Both the position numbers and the translations under genes were made by a program. A stretch of 64,000 nt of DNA from Lama glama (lineage: Eukaryota): NCBI GenBank assembly GCA_028534125.1, contig CM052816.1:3598001-3662000 (forward strand), given 5' to 3'. Position 1 is the stretch's first letter. Every line of letters starts with the position of its first letter. This document shows positions 38,361-51,065 of this stretch, one piece after another. The notes under the pieces are model-generated. The model was given only the letters and a program-made list of their open reading frames with translations. It was not told where the DNA came from and did not search any database.

Positions 38361-39310
38361 TATAAACTGCATCTGTGATGTAGGCACTCCTTCTAAATGT
38401 GTCTGGTTTGGCGTTTGCAGCTGTGTGCAGAGACAGTTCTGATAACTGAAAGCTCTATCAGATGACTCGCTCTTTTGAAACAAACATAGCAAATGCCAAA
38501 CCCACTGAAAGGTGAGCTTAGGGTACAGAAGCAGGTGGAGACGGACAGCCTCGAAGTAGATGTGAAAGGTGGAACTGGCTTTCACAACGCTTTTGCGTCT
38601 TTTTAAAAAATTCTTCAAAAGAAAAATTCACTTATGAACACAATGAAGGCATTTTTAAAAGTCTGCAGTTGAGGCCTGTTTTCTTTTGGGGGTTTTACTT
38701 TGCTTGCAAAACACATTTATTCTTTTCAGCAGCGTGGGATCGTGCTGGGGTAAGAGACTGAATATGCACAGTCTTTCGTCCCTTAGCCTTCTTGCTACCT
38801 GACCTTCCTGTAGCGAAGGGTTGGCTTGCTCTGATTTGGGATGGCTGTGAGATCTGACTTTCCCATGTTCCATTAAAGCAGAAACATACAGTGTAAACTT
38901 TAGGAAGGGCTAGAGGTAAATTAAGATCCTCTTTAAACAGATGTGTGAGGTATACCACGTAGTCCTACCAGCCACGTACAGCTGATTCTAAGGGGATGAG
39001 AGAGAGGAGTGGGAAAAAGCATCCACTCTCACAGCCGTCCTTGTAATTCTGTTCTTGCAATATATGCGATTATCTCTGTCCTTTACAAATAATGAGTCGT
39101 AACTTTTATATGTTGTGGGTTTGGCCTATAATCGTGCCGTTCAACGTGTCTGTCCCAGAACTAAAACCTTCGGATGGGCTCTTGTTGTTCCGGTGGAGGA
39201 TCGGCCTCAGAGGTAAAGGGGGTGACACGTTTTAGGCAACCTGGGCTTGCTGGAGCGGCGCCTCTCTGGACGCAGGCGTCTCTCTGGACGCAGGCCCCTC
39301 TTGCTCCTAC

Positions 39311-39434
39311 CTCTCCATCTTTGGACTCCAGTCTCAGCTCTGTTCTGCAGGTGGCTTCCATGTTGCCGGCTTCTGCATTGATTTCTACTCCTTTCGGGGC
39401 CTCCATCACCAGAGACCGGGTGGGAGACTCCAAC
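39311..39434 (-). CDS. SGCD: Delta-sarcoglycan, penultimate coding exon (exon 8 in human numbering), 124 nt
   Basis: Minus strand reads tttcag|G TTG GAG TCT CCC...GAT GGA GAG|gtagga and encodes [41 protein letters not shown], which I recognise as delta-sarcoglycan. Canonical AG/GT ends; it ends in phase 0, matching the next exon. Confidence 0.97.
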
Positions 39435-39884
39435 CTGAAACAGACACAAGACTAAGATGAAAGATCTCTGTCTCTTTCTCTCCTTTTTTTTTTTCAAAGA
39501 GGAAGTTGACGCTCTGAGCACTGAGCCAACATTTCAGTATTAGATCAGGAACTTTTTCTCGCTTTGCTTTACAAACCTGGCCAAGTGTGTGAGGGAGAAC
39601 ACCACATACCTGGGCTTGATCTTCGTTGCACATCACAACAATGATAAGGACGGTGTTCTAGGGTCCTGGCTTCACTTTCTCTTACACCCCAGTCAAGTAT
39701 TGTGTTATTGATACAAATAACTAAGTTCTTCCATAAGTTTTGTTTATTTTTAGGGAAAGGCAATCTCAGGGCTAAACTGAGCTTCCTGAAACTGGCAGGT
39801 ACTCCTTCTACTTTGTCCTGTTTTCTCTCTCTTTCCTGGAAGCAGGACTGGATAGAAGTTAAGAAAACAGAAAACAGACGAAGG

Positions 39885-40060
39885 ACTTAGACATGCCTGA
39901 CTCAGCCAGGGGGTTGCCACTCCGTGACCTTGGGCAAGTCCTGCTTGCCTCCTCTCCTTCCCAAAATGTGTCAAAGCCTCAGTGTCCTCGTCTCTAAAGA
40001 GCTTCACGTGGCGCCTGGCACTTCAGAAACGTGTAATATGTGTTAACCATTATTACTCCT
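39885..40060 (+). mobile_element. MIR fragment
   Basis: gtgaccttgggcaagtc...agcctcagtgtcctcgtctctaaa...cctggcac. Confidence 0.65.
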
Positions 40061-40149
40061 GTTACTGCTGTTTTTACGGCAGCAAGTTGGAAAGAAACCT
40101 CAGGTCTTACTCAAATATGCAGTTGTCCAGAGAAGAATCAGAACAGGAA

Positions 40150-40345
40150 GTCATTGCCAGGCGCTGGGGAGGAGTGACTTGGCTACAAAGGGCTGCGCGA
40201 GGAGCAGCTGACTTTTTGTGCTGGAGCTACTGTGTGTCTTGATTGTAACGGTGATGATGTGCCTCCATGTCTCGACGAAAACTCACGTATTGTAACCCCC
40301 CCAACAAAGTGAAATTTATTGTCTGTACATTAAGTAAATTGAGAG
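40150..40345 (+). mobile_element. Old L1 (L1ME/MC) 3' end
   Basis: ttgccaggcgctgggg...tcttgattgtaacggtgatg...aaaactcac...gtgaaatttattgtctgta. Confidence 0.55.
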
Positions 40346-41904
40346 AAAGTGAATCAGCCACACCGGATGCTAAGTATTATGGCAAAAGAGGATAATGCCT
40401 CATAGAAAGATTTTTGCCTCACTCATGTGGTGTGAAAGATAGGAACTGAAACTCAACCGTCCTCTAAATAGTCCAGATTTTAATATTATCACCAAATAGA
40501 CCCAAATGAAGAGCCTCTTCTCTGTTACAAAGAGAGCACCCTGACTTAGGAAGCATGGACCTCAATGATGGCCATCAAATCGCTCTGAATCAGAGCGATT
40601 TCCTGCATTTTATTTCCACATTCGTAATTTTCCAACACTTGGAAGGCGTTAGTTATAAAGGAACATCACCCTCTCTGCCAATGACTGATGCCCTGTTCTG
40701 CCACCACTCATTGGCATCAGTGAGTGGCAGGATGGGCACGGGGACCAGTGGGACGCTACCCCTGCCACGTTCCACTGGTGCCAAGACGGGGGCTCTTCCA
40801 TCTTCCCAGGGCTGGGTCCCTGAGCTTTGCCTCCCAGCAGCACCTTCTCCACTGACTTTTGTGTTTCTCCCCCAGTGACTCATTCAGAGTCAGAAAGAGA
40901 AACAGCAGGTCCCGAGTGCTCAGGTAAGGACTGGCTGGGGCTCCTCTTTAACTCATTCCTTCCAGGCCGAGCTCACGCCTTGGTGTGTGGCCAACCCCCC
41001 CGACCCCTGCCCTTTCCTCCTCGCGAGGCCTGAGCCAAGGTGGTGATGAGCCGGGTGTGGTTCCACCCCGAATTCCGGCTGACTTCCTTTGCCTGTGGTC
41101 CTTCTCACTGTGACAAGGGAGGGGGTCTTGGTGCTAGGGTAGCTGGGAACAGTGACGTTGCAGGACAGCTCTGTGGAGGACCGTAATCCAACCCACCTGC
41201 GCGCTTCTTTTGCACCTGACACCCGCCCCCCACTAGCTTTGGAAACAGGAAAGTGGTTTCCTATCATTTTCTTTATTTCTCTCCTTCAAGGTCTGATTGA
41301 CTCCCACACCTTATCCTACTGTCATGTAACATCCTCTGTCTTCACTAATATTGAGACCTTCCCCCTTAGGGCATAAGCTTCCCTTCTGATAGTCCTGGCA
41401 GCCCAGCTCCAAAGTGCTTCATCCTCTTCCCAGTGGCCCTGCGTCTCCCACCCTCCCCGGGGGCGGGTCCTCATGCCCCCTTCCCTATCCCCCCCTTCTC
41501 GTGTCCCTCCCTCCCTCGCTGCATCAGTTAACTCAGCTTTTAAGGCACAGCTTCTCTCTACTCAGTATACTAGTTCATCCCTAACCTCGACTGTCGTAAC
41601 CTCCCAAGTCTCACCTCTAATTCATCCTTCTTTCCCCAGTGTACTTCACATGCAAATGTATCTTCCCAAAGGCAGGTCTGAATATGTCACTTCTGTTATC
41701 AAAACCTTCACAAGTTCCTCATGAAAGAGCTGAGCTCTTGAACGTGCTCGCCCATTGAGAACCCGCTCTGACCTGTTCTGTTGGTCTTATTTTTCTTGCC
41801 ACAAACACCAGCTGCTTTACTGAATCCTTACTAGGAGGTGGGCACAGTGGGAAGTGCTTTAGATGTGTTATCTCATTCAATCTTGACAGAAAAAAATCAG
41901 TGCC

Positions 41905-42185
41905 TTTACTCAGGATTACCAGAGGGGAACGGGGTCAAGAGGGGTTAACTGGGAGTAAGAGATGTGCATATACAAACTACTACTTATAAAATAGATAAAC
42001 AGCAAGGTCCAACTGTATAGCACAGGGGATTATATTTAATAATCATAATAGCCTATAATGGAAAAGAATATGAAAAAGAATATATATATATTACACACAC
42101 ACACACACAACTGAATCACTGTGCTGAACACCAGAAAGTAACACAACGTTGTGAACTCAGGTACCTCAGTCAAAACAGAACAGAG
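41905..42185 (+). mobile_element. Artiodactyl-type L1 3' end inserted into a MIR (MIR halves ~41835-41890 and ~42190-42265)
   Basis: atacaaactactacttataaaatagataaacagcaaggtccaactgtatagcacaggg...aactgaatcactgtgctgaacaccagaaa; MIR text on both sides. Confidence 0.8.
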
Positions 42186-43311
42186 CAAACCCTGTGCCCT
42201 GGGTCCTCCTTTAGTCCCGATGACACAAGTGAGGAGACTCGGGTCAAGGACTTGCTCCGGGCGGTGTATCTTGTGCAAGGGCAGGGCCAAGCGTCAGACC
42301 CAAGCTCGCCGCCCAGCATTCCACGCCACTTCCCGGAAAGCTGGACCTCTGTCCATCGTATCTTCACGCTGCCATTTGTAATGCAGTGCCACCTCTTTCT
42401 TTGTGGAATTGCAGTTGGATTTCCCAAACCAGTCCCCGTAAGTAAGGGGAAGGCGCCTGCACCACCTAGGGCTCAGGGAGACACAGCCCCTGCTCTGTGA
42501 CAGTCCTTGCAACTTACTGCAGCTGTCTCCTTCAGAGACGTCGAATCCAGGATACAGTGAATGTGCTCCTGTTCCGTGGGTAGCATGCGAAGTGACTGAT
42601 ACAAGAAGATAGTTGAGGGGGAAAAACTTGAGATCGAAAAAACCATACAGAGCTTGGAGAACGGCATGAGATGGCGCGCGGGCAGGTCAGGCAGGCACGC
42701 AAACCCGCGCGACTCCGGCCGCGGCCGCCGGGCTTTGAGGGCAGCCGGAGGGCGCCAGGGCCGGAGACGTGGACTCGGAAGGGACCGCTGCTTTTCCCGC
42801 CTCTCAGCCTTGGACGTACCTTGGAAGGGTGCCAAGAAGGGCGGCTGCTCTGAAACTGGCTCCTAACGGGAAAGGCTCTGACGGGTCCCTGGACGCAGAC
42901 ACAGAACGGTAACTGGCTTTGTGTTTTATACCCCATCCCAAGGGCCTCTGTTGTTCAGGCAAATTGAAGTTTGTTCACATGCTAATCTTTTGGCTGTGAG
43001 AACAGCTCCCACGAGAGCCCCGTGAAGCCTACAGGGAGCAGATGAAGCAGTCTGGCAGTGACGTCAGTCAGTTCCTGACCTTAGATGCAGCACCACGACA
43101 CCACTGCTTAGATGGTGTTGTGCAAGGAAGATGGAAGGAGGCTTCCTCCTGACTGGGGGAGAGGGGTGGCCGTGGAGGGTCCCTTTGGCTTTTGAAATGA
43201 AGATGGCTTCTGTTAGGAGCAAGTGCAACCCCCATCTCGGAGGACTGAGGAGCCCGGGAGTGGAAGAATGTCTAGGACAGGAGGTCCCCACCTGGGTCAT
43301 GCCCTCCAGAA

Positions 43312-43487
43312 CCATGGTTCTCAAACGTGAGCATCAGAATCCCCTGGAGGGCTTGTTAACACAGATTGCTCGGCTCCACCCAGAGTCTGATACAGCGGGT
43401 TTAGGGTGGTGCCTGAACTCCTGCACTTGTGACGTTACAAGTGATGCTGAAGCTGCTGGTTTGGGGACCACACCTTGAGAACCACTG
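43312..43487 (-). mobile_element. MER5A (hAT-Charlie)
   Basis: tggttctcaaac...catcagaatcccctggagggcttgttaa...ggggaccacaccttgagaaccactg, with terminal inverted repeats. Confidence 0.88.
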
Positions 43488-44881
43488 TTCTAAACGCCCT
43501 CTTCTCAGGTGCCCACAAAAACTAGGTGATGTCAGTGAGTGACCATAAGAAAACTATAAGGAAATTACGAGTCTCTGCACAATCATGTACGGCAGGTGGT
43601 GGAGATGCTCTGGACAGGAGACAGCTGCTTTTCTCACCTGGCTGATAGTTTTGGAATTGAGGCAAAAGATTTCTCCAAGTATAAATATGGTAAAAAGAGC
43701 AACCACATAGCGGATCTTTGCATTGCATATACTCACTGTCCTTTTTAAGAGGAAAACAATTCTTAGCTTTGTAATTTCCTGAGCCCTGTTTCTTAATGCT
43801 ACCCATTTCCTTCTCTGAAGAGTAATGACCTAATAAGACTTTTGTTAACTGCTTTCTTGTGTTTCTTTACTATTATATTACTATGTTTGCCTTCTTAAAC
43901 CATACATTGTTTACTATCACGTGTTTTTGAAATTTATGCACAGAATAATTCTATGTATGTATTCTTTAGTGATTTATTCATTTTTTTGCCTCAAGATTTT
44001 GTTCCTGAGGTGTATCCATTGCTGTAGCATGGCTGTAATTTATTCTGTTTCCCTGGTGTGATGATACATGGTGAGTTATCTGGCCATCCTTTGGTTGGAC
44101 ATCTGGACTGGTTGCAAGTTTCTGTTTGTGCGGTCATCTCTGCACAGGCTTGCGTGCGGATCCGGTGTGCTTGTGTCAGTTTCCTTTAGGACAACGACGG
44201 AAAGACGGAGTTGCTAGCTCCCAGGGTATGCATGACTAGAGCTTCGACTTTCCCACCAGTTCTGTGTCTGCGACTGTCTTGCTAGCATTTGATAGTGTTT
44301 ATTAGAAAGTGACTGTGAAAGGGGATGCTGCTGTCTTCTAAATTTGCATTTCCCAGATTAGTAATGGAGTTAAGCATCTTTCCGTTTGTTTCGAAGCCAT
44401 TTGGATTCATCTTCAGTGAAATGTCTTTTGTCTCTTTTAATTGTTTTTGTGTTTGTGATGTCGTCTGACTGAGCTGCAGTGATGCTTTATATATTCTGAA
44501 GAAGAATCGCTTAGCAGGTCTGTGTATTGAAAATTTCTTTTTTGAGGCTGTGGTTTATCTTTTCCCTCTCTGATTAGCATCTCTGGATGAACAAAGTTTT
44601 GCATATTAAAATCAACACATTTGTTATCTTTCCCTCTGGGGTCTGTGCATTCTGTGTCTTATTTGAGCAGTCCATCCCTACACTGAGGTCCTAAATTTCT
44701 TCTGTAGTTTTTCCCAAACTTTTAGGTTTTGCCTTTTCATTGTCTCTTATTCATCAGGTATTCATTTTTGTGTATGATCTGCGTCTGGGGTCAAAACAGA
44801 TGCAGACCAAGGATGTCAGCCTGGTACACTGAAAAGCCCCTACGTCGCTCTGCTATAAATGCTGTTGCCTCACACGTCTGG

Positions 44882-45381
44882 NNNNNNNNNNNNNNNNNNN
44901 NNNNNNNNNNNNNNNNNNNNNNNNNNNNNNNNNNNNNNNNNNNNNNNNNNNNNNNNNNNNNNNNNNNNNNNNNNNNNNNNNNNNNNNNNNNNNNNNNNNN
45001 NNNNNNNNNNNNNNNNNNNNNNNNNNNNNNNNNNNNNNNNNNNNNNNNNNNNNNNNNNNNNNNNNNNNNNNNNNNNNNNNNNNNNNNNNNNNNNNNNNNN
45101 NNNNNNNNNNNNNNNNNNNNNNNNNNNNNNNNNNNNNNNNNNNNNNNNNNNNNNNNNNNNNNNNNNNNNNNNNNNNNNNNNNNNNNNNNNNNNNNNNNNN
45201 NNNNNNNNNNNNNNNNNNNNNNNNNNNNNNNNNNNNNNNNNNNNNNNNNNNNNNNNNNNNNNNNNNNNNNNNNNNNNNNNNNNNNNNNNNNNNNNNNNNN
45301 NNNNNNNNNNNNNNNNNNNNNNNNNNNNNNNNNNNNNNNNNNNNNNNNNNNNNNNNNNNNNNNNNNNNNNNNNNNNNNNNN
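44882..45381. other. Assembly gap (500 N)
   Basis: N run. Confidence 1.
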
Positions 45382-46641
45382 TGTCTGATTTCTTGGTATT
45401 TTTTCCATTTCATACAAAGGTTTAAATTTCTTGGCAATGTTTTTCGTAATATTTTCATTTTTAAAAAATGCCCCCAACACTTGTCATTATGTCTGTTTTG
45501 TTGCTGTTCTAAATATTTTTTATTCTTGTCTTATTTTCCTTTTGAGCAGTACTGTCAATTATTGGTCTTTTCAAAGAGCTGACTTCTCATTTTGTCAATT
45601 CAATTTTATGTTTCTTGTTCTTGAATCGTCCTTGTTTTTTTGTTCTAGATGGATTAGGGTAATTCTGTAGTTCTGCAGTTCTAAAATGTGTTGCCATCTT
45701 AGTTAATCAAAATGTTCTGCCTTCTTGTTGCCTTTTCTAATTTTTCATATATTTATTTAAGGATGTGTATGTTTCTCTGGCAGGATCACAAAGAAGTATT
45801 CCTAATATAGGTGTAAATGTTTTATTGTTTTAGTCTAATTTCTCCTGTGGTGAGGCTTGAAGGATTGTCCTCAATTTCTAAGTAGGTGAGAGTTGCTGTG
45901 TTATATTTCTAGTGTGTATTTTCTGTACTGGTTCTGAACTGATAATCTTATAGTCAGAAAAACTTAAAAATTGACACTAAGTTTTTGGACCAGTAGGTGT
46001 CAATTTTTATAAACCTTCATGCCTGTCTAAGAAGAATGTGTGTGCTGAAGTTGTTGGTGCTATGTTTTGTAAAGTCAAGATACTTTTCCTTAAACACCTG
46101 TCATCCATTCTGTATGGTTATGTTTCAGATGCATCTCTCATGTAACTGGATCATTTTTGATTTCAGGTGACCTTTTATTGGGGAAAAATTTACATACAGT
46201 GAAACATACAGGTCTTTTAATTACACGGACAAAAAACATCATATGTATGTAAGGTGTACAACATGATGTTGCAATATATGTCTACATCGTGAAATGGGTC
46301 CCCCAGTTGAGGTAATTAACCTCTCCATCACCTCAGATGATTTACCTTTTTCTCCCATGTGGTAAGAACATTTAAGGTCTACTCTTCCAGCAAATTTTAA
46401 ATATATACTACATGATCATTAACTGCAGTCACCACGCTGTATATTTGATTGCTAGAACTCATTCATCTTATAACTGAAAGTCTATACCCTTTATCCAGCC
46501 TCTTGTTAGTAGCTATTTGGTTGTTTCAAGATAGGGGCTTATTTTTCACAAGTCTTTTTGGAGGACACAGTGTTCATCTCTCTAAAAATAAGTAGGTAGA
46601 GTAGGATTCCTATGTTGTAGTATAAGTGTGTCTTTACTAAG

Positions 46642-47194
46642 TGTAGTAAGGCAGCATGTAAAATAGTCCCCAGGGATCCTTGTCTCTTGGCTATTCATGC
46701 CCTTGGGTGGTTCCCTGTCCTCGATGTGGGCTGGACAGAGCGACTTTTTTCTACACAAGTTCAAGAGTAATAGTGTCACTTAGGAGATGAGGTTCTAAAA
46801 AGACCATGGTTTTCATCTTGGGTTCCTTCTCTCATTCCCTCCCTCAAAGGGGTGCCAGCTGCCATGCTGAGAGCTGCCCTATGAAGATGCCTGAGAAACT
46901 GAGGGAGCCCATTAGCCCCTGAGGAACTAAGCCTCTAAATCCAGTAAATCCAGTAGTCTCCAGGAACCGAGTCCTGCCAGTAAGCACAGGAGTACACGTA
47001 GAGATGGGTCTTCCCCAGTGTAGGCATTCGAAGAGATCACAGCCCTGGACAGCATCCTCACTGAGTGATCTTAAGTCAGAGCCATCACTAACTCACAAGC
47101 CGATTTCTGACCCTCAGAAACTGTGAGATAGTAAATGTCAGTGGTTTTAAGCAGCTAAGTTTATAGGGCAATATGTTACACAGCAGAGTAGTAC

Positions 47195-47195
<1 letters not shown>
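46642..47195 (+). mobile_element. MLT1E/F-like MaLR solo LTR, followed by an A33 tract (47198-47230)
   Basis: TG...CA ends; tattcatgcccttg, tgtgggctggac and tctgaccctcagaaactgtgagata...ttttaagcagctaagttt are MLT1 hallmarks. Confidence 0.8.
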
Positions 47196-47232
<37 letters not shown>

Positions 47233-50200
47233 GCCAAACTGTTTTCGAAGTTAGTTGTGCAATCTTACATTCCTATCACCAATATTGAAGTAATTAAAGC
47301 AATTTCAATGGCTATAAAATGCATCTTCATTATGAATTTTATTTCCCTGAGGACTAATGATGTTGAGCAGTTTTTTTACATGCTTATTGGCTATTCAAAG
47401 ATGTTCTTTTGGGAAGGACCAGTGTAAATCTTTAGCTCAACTTTTTGTTCTTTTCACAATTCGGTTATTTGCATTTTTGTTACTGATTTGCTGTATATTC
47501 TGGATAAAAGTTATTTTTGGCAGTTATACATCTGAATATTCAGAATTTCCAGAAAATTGAGATGATATATAGATATATCTGCGCATCTATGTGTACAGTA
47601 TTTTCTCCCAATCTATGGCTTTATCATTTTTAAACAATGTCTATTGGTCAATATCAGTTTATCCTATATTTACTGTTCATTGCTTTTTGTATCTTCTCTA
47701 ATAAACCATCACCCACCCCAAGATCATAAAGGTAGTTGCCCATGTAATTTTCTAGCTTTTAAAACTAGAACCAGTTGTTGCCTTCCATCTGTGTACATAT
47801 TTTATAGTTTTAGCTTTATGTAATAAATATGTATATATTTCTTATTTAGTTTATATATCTTTATGTAGCTTTTAAAAGTTGTTTTAGCTTTATATTTAGA
47901 TTTATGAGCCATCTTGAATTAGTTGTTAAGAGTAGAACTGAGGTTCACTTTTTTCTCAGTAGGGCTATCTAGTTGTTCCAGCAGCGTTTATTAAAAAAAA
48001 AAAAAATCCTTTCCCTGTTGAATAGCACTGGTGTTTTTTGTTGAAGAGCAATTAACCATATACGGGTAGATCTATTTCTAAAGCCTCTGCTTTGCTGTAA
48101 TCATTTACCTGCCTAGCCTTTTGCAAAAGGAAAACAGACTGGTTTTGCTGTTGTAGGTCCTTTCCTTTTCCATATATGTCCTAAAAGCCTGTAGAGAATT
48201 TGATTGGGACTGTGTTGAATCCGTAGTTCAGTTTGGGGGAGAGTTAATCTCCTAACAATCTTGTATCTTTAATAGACTGTCTTTTTAAATGCAGCAGTCT
48301 ATGTGTACTATTCTTGATTTATGAGTACTGTTAGGTATTTTGGTCCTGTGATGTGTAATCCAGCAGTATTGTTTATTGTTTATTTACACAGATCTGGGTA
48401 GTTTCCACTTGCCTCACTTATTCCTTCTCTAACTTTCAATCTTCCTATTTTCCGAAAATCTTTGGTTGATAGGTTCTTCTAGTGAGGGTTTGCTGGGGCT
48501 GAATCCTCAGTTTTGTGTTTCTGGAATAAATTGTTAATTTACTCTCTTTTCTTTCTTTCTTTTTTTTGTAAAAGGGGTTTTCTCTGGCTACACAACATAC
48601 ACTGACAGTTGTTTTCTCACAGGGATGGAAGGTATTACTCCTTTGTATTTTGGTTCTCACTAATGTTAAGAAGTCAGCCCATCCACTTAACTTCAATTCT
48701 AGACCTTCTGTTGGGTTCTTCTCTCTCCTGCTGCTTCTCAGCCTTGATGTTCTGCAGTGTCATTCTGACACGCCTAGGTGTGGATTTCATGTTATTGACT
48801 CTGCCTGAATTTTTGACTCTCTAAATGTGTAGTTTTGTGTCTTTCATCACTTCTAGACAACACTCAGCTGACAGGACTTTGAAACTAGTTTTTTCTGTCA
48901 CCCTAGACTTCCTGTTACTCTGCCTCCCTCCTTCCTGGATGATCCTTTAGATGTGATCTCATGTTCCTTGTAATTTCCTTTTTACTTATTTCTCATCACA
49001 CCTGTTGGAGGTTTGCTTACTGAGATTATATTTTCATTGCTAGAAATTCCTTTTTGTGTATTTTCTAATTTGTGAGCCACTTTTACATTCTTTTGCTTTG
49101 TACTCTAAATTCCCTTTTGTTTCCTGACTCAGAGTAAACATACTGAATGACATTCCTTCTCTGCTGATGCCCGTATTTGTGCCTCTAAACTGGCCGCCTT
49201 GTTTGAGTATATTTCATACTTGAATGTGTGGGTTCATATTTCTTGGAAACAGATGCACATCCTCTCAAGAGCCAAAAGTAAGTCTCCACTTCAGCAAATA
49301 AAGACCCATCAGTCACTGGTGCCACCGTCAGTTGGGACCCACTGTGAACTCCTTTGCCTGAGGTTTCAGGACAGGCTATTTCCCTTGCAAGCCTCTGGGT
49401 GGAAAGGTCAGAGGTGGGGAAGACCAGGTAGGTTCAATTCTAGCTCATCCTTACACTGGGGTTCCACTTACACCTGTGGATCTCTCAAGAGACTACCTGC
49501 TTTGAGTGGGCCCTGTGATTTGCTTTCTTCCCATACCCAGTAGTCCATAAAACTGAAACCAAATTTCCTCTAGTTTAGCACATTTGTGAAGTTACAGCTG
49601 GCTTCAGTGCTCAGATCCTGTCTCTGGGTTCTTATGCTGTTTTAGTTTTTAGACTCTGGCCAATCATAACTAATTTTCAATTCATCAATGCATTTAAAAT
49701 ACTTAAAAATATTCTTTACCAGCAGAGTTTGCAACAACTGGTCAGGGTACTTGGTATAAGACTGTTGGACATTGTGATAGATTTGGAAATTAAATAGTGA
49801 AATCATCTCATCTTTAAAGGTGGCAAGATTTATTGGCAGTTTATTATTCTTTATGTATTATTATTTTAAACTCCAGGTAGGCCAACTTTCTGATTTCCAG
49901 ATCTGGGCTAAGGGTTTTCAATCAGAGTTCAGTCAGAGAAAGCTTCTATCAGTAAGATACAGACAGGTTCATTACAGCAAGTGAAACTCATGCAGTTGCA
50001 GAAACTGGGCATATGGTCTGTGTAAGGCTGCTGCCTTTGTGTTGGATGCTGGAGTCTGAAGTCAGCAGAGCAGGCTGAAGGGAAGATGGATGTGAGTGGA
50101 GGAGAGGGAGGATGAGCCACAGCCTACCAGGATGAACTGGTACCCCTGACCATCTCTCACCACCTCTAAGTCCCAAGGACTGGCCCAAGTGAACATGGGG

Positions 50201-50488
50201 AGCCACCGGGTGACCTACAGCAGCCTGGGCTCTGCACTGACCTCCCGGAGCGAATGGAGTATCACTCCTGGTGTTGCCGTAACTTGGAGTGGGGGAACTT
50301 CCGGGAAACACAGTTCTAAGCTTAGCTAAGTCAATACCTAACACATCCACTGCATAGCGTCCTATTTTAAATGGCTGCTGTGGCATGAATACACTGTACT
50401 TGATGGAACCAACTTTACCTTCCAATACAGGCTGGTTGAAATCAACCAAGCACCTGCAAAAAGTGAGGGGAGGAGCAATGTGGGCTTT

Positions 50489-50965
50489 TCTAAACATTTT
50501 TTTATTGAGTTATTTTACAATGTTATGTCAAATTCCAGTGTAGAGCACAATTTTTCAGTTATACATGAACATACATATTGTCATTCTTTTTTCTCTGTGA
50601 GCTACAAGAGTTTGTATATATTTCCCTGTGCTGTACAGTATAATCTTGTTTAGCTATTCTGCATATGCCTGTCAGTATGGACCAATTTTGAACACCCAGT
50701 CTATCCCTTCCCACCCCTCCCCCTTGGCAACCACAAGTTTGTATTCTATGTCTATGAGTCTGTTTCGGTTTTGTATTTATGTTTTGTTTGTTTGTTTCTT
50801 CTAGATTCCACATATGAGCGATCTCATATGGTATTTTTCTTTCTCTTCCTGGCTTACTTCACTTACATCCATGTTGCTGCAAATGGCGTTATGTTGTCGG
50901 TTTTTATGGCTGAGTAGTAGTCCATTGTATAACGATACCACAACTTCTTTATCCAGTCATCTGTT
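50489..50965 (-). mobile_element. Young camelid L1 3' end running into a gap
   Basis: Closely similar to 26167-26502 and 1-115. Confidence 0.9.
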
Positions 50966-51065
50966 NNNNNNNNNNNNNNNNNNNNNNNNNNNNNNNNNNN
51001 NNNNNNNNNNNNNNNNNNNNNNNNNNNNNNNNNNNNNNNNNNNNNNNNNNNNNNNNNNNNNNNNN
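50966..51065. other. Assembly gap (100 N)
   Basis: N run. Confidence 1.

Larger units (their letters stand above)
37719..39310 (-). other. SGCD: SGCD last intron (1592 bp, GT-AG)
   Basis: Lies between the two coding exons, with GT donor at 39310-39309 and AG acceptor at 37720-37719. Confidence 0.93.
43800..49750 (-). mobile_element. Cluster of ancient L1 fragments (includes an L1MA-type 3' end at ~46215-46500), interrupted by a gap and an MLT1 LTR
   Basis: L1 reverse-complement phrases (tttgcatttcccagattagtaatggagttaagcatctt; tttccctgaggactaatgatgttgagca; tgattgggactgtgttgaatc). Confidence 0.65.

Noticed and set aside
38130..38618. 162-aa sense ORF in the last intron
   Set aside because: TTG start, overlaps an old L1 fragment, and no recognisable protein similarity.
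49988..50497. 169-aa ORF in unique-looking intronic sequence
   Set aside because: Its ATG comes from the L1 terminus, and I recognise no homology or exon structure. A BLASTX would be needed to exclude a decayed pseudogene.
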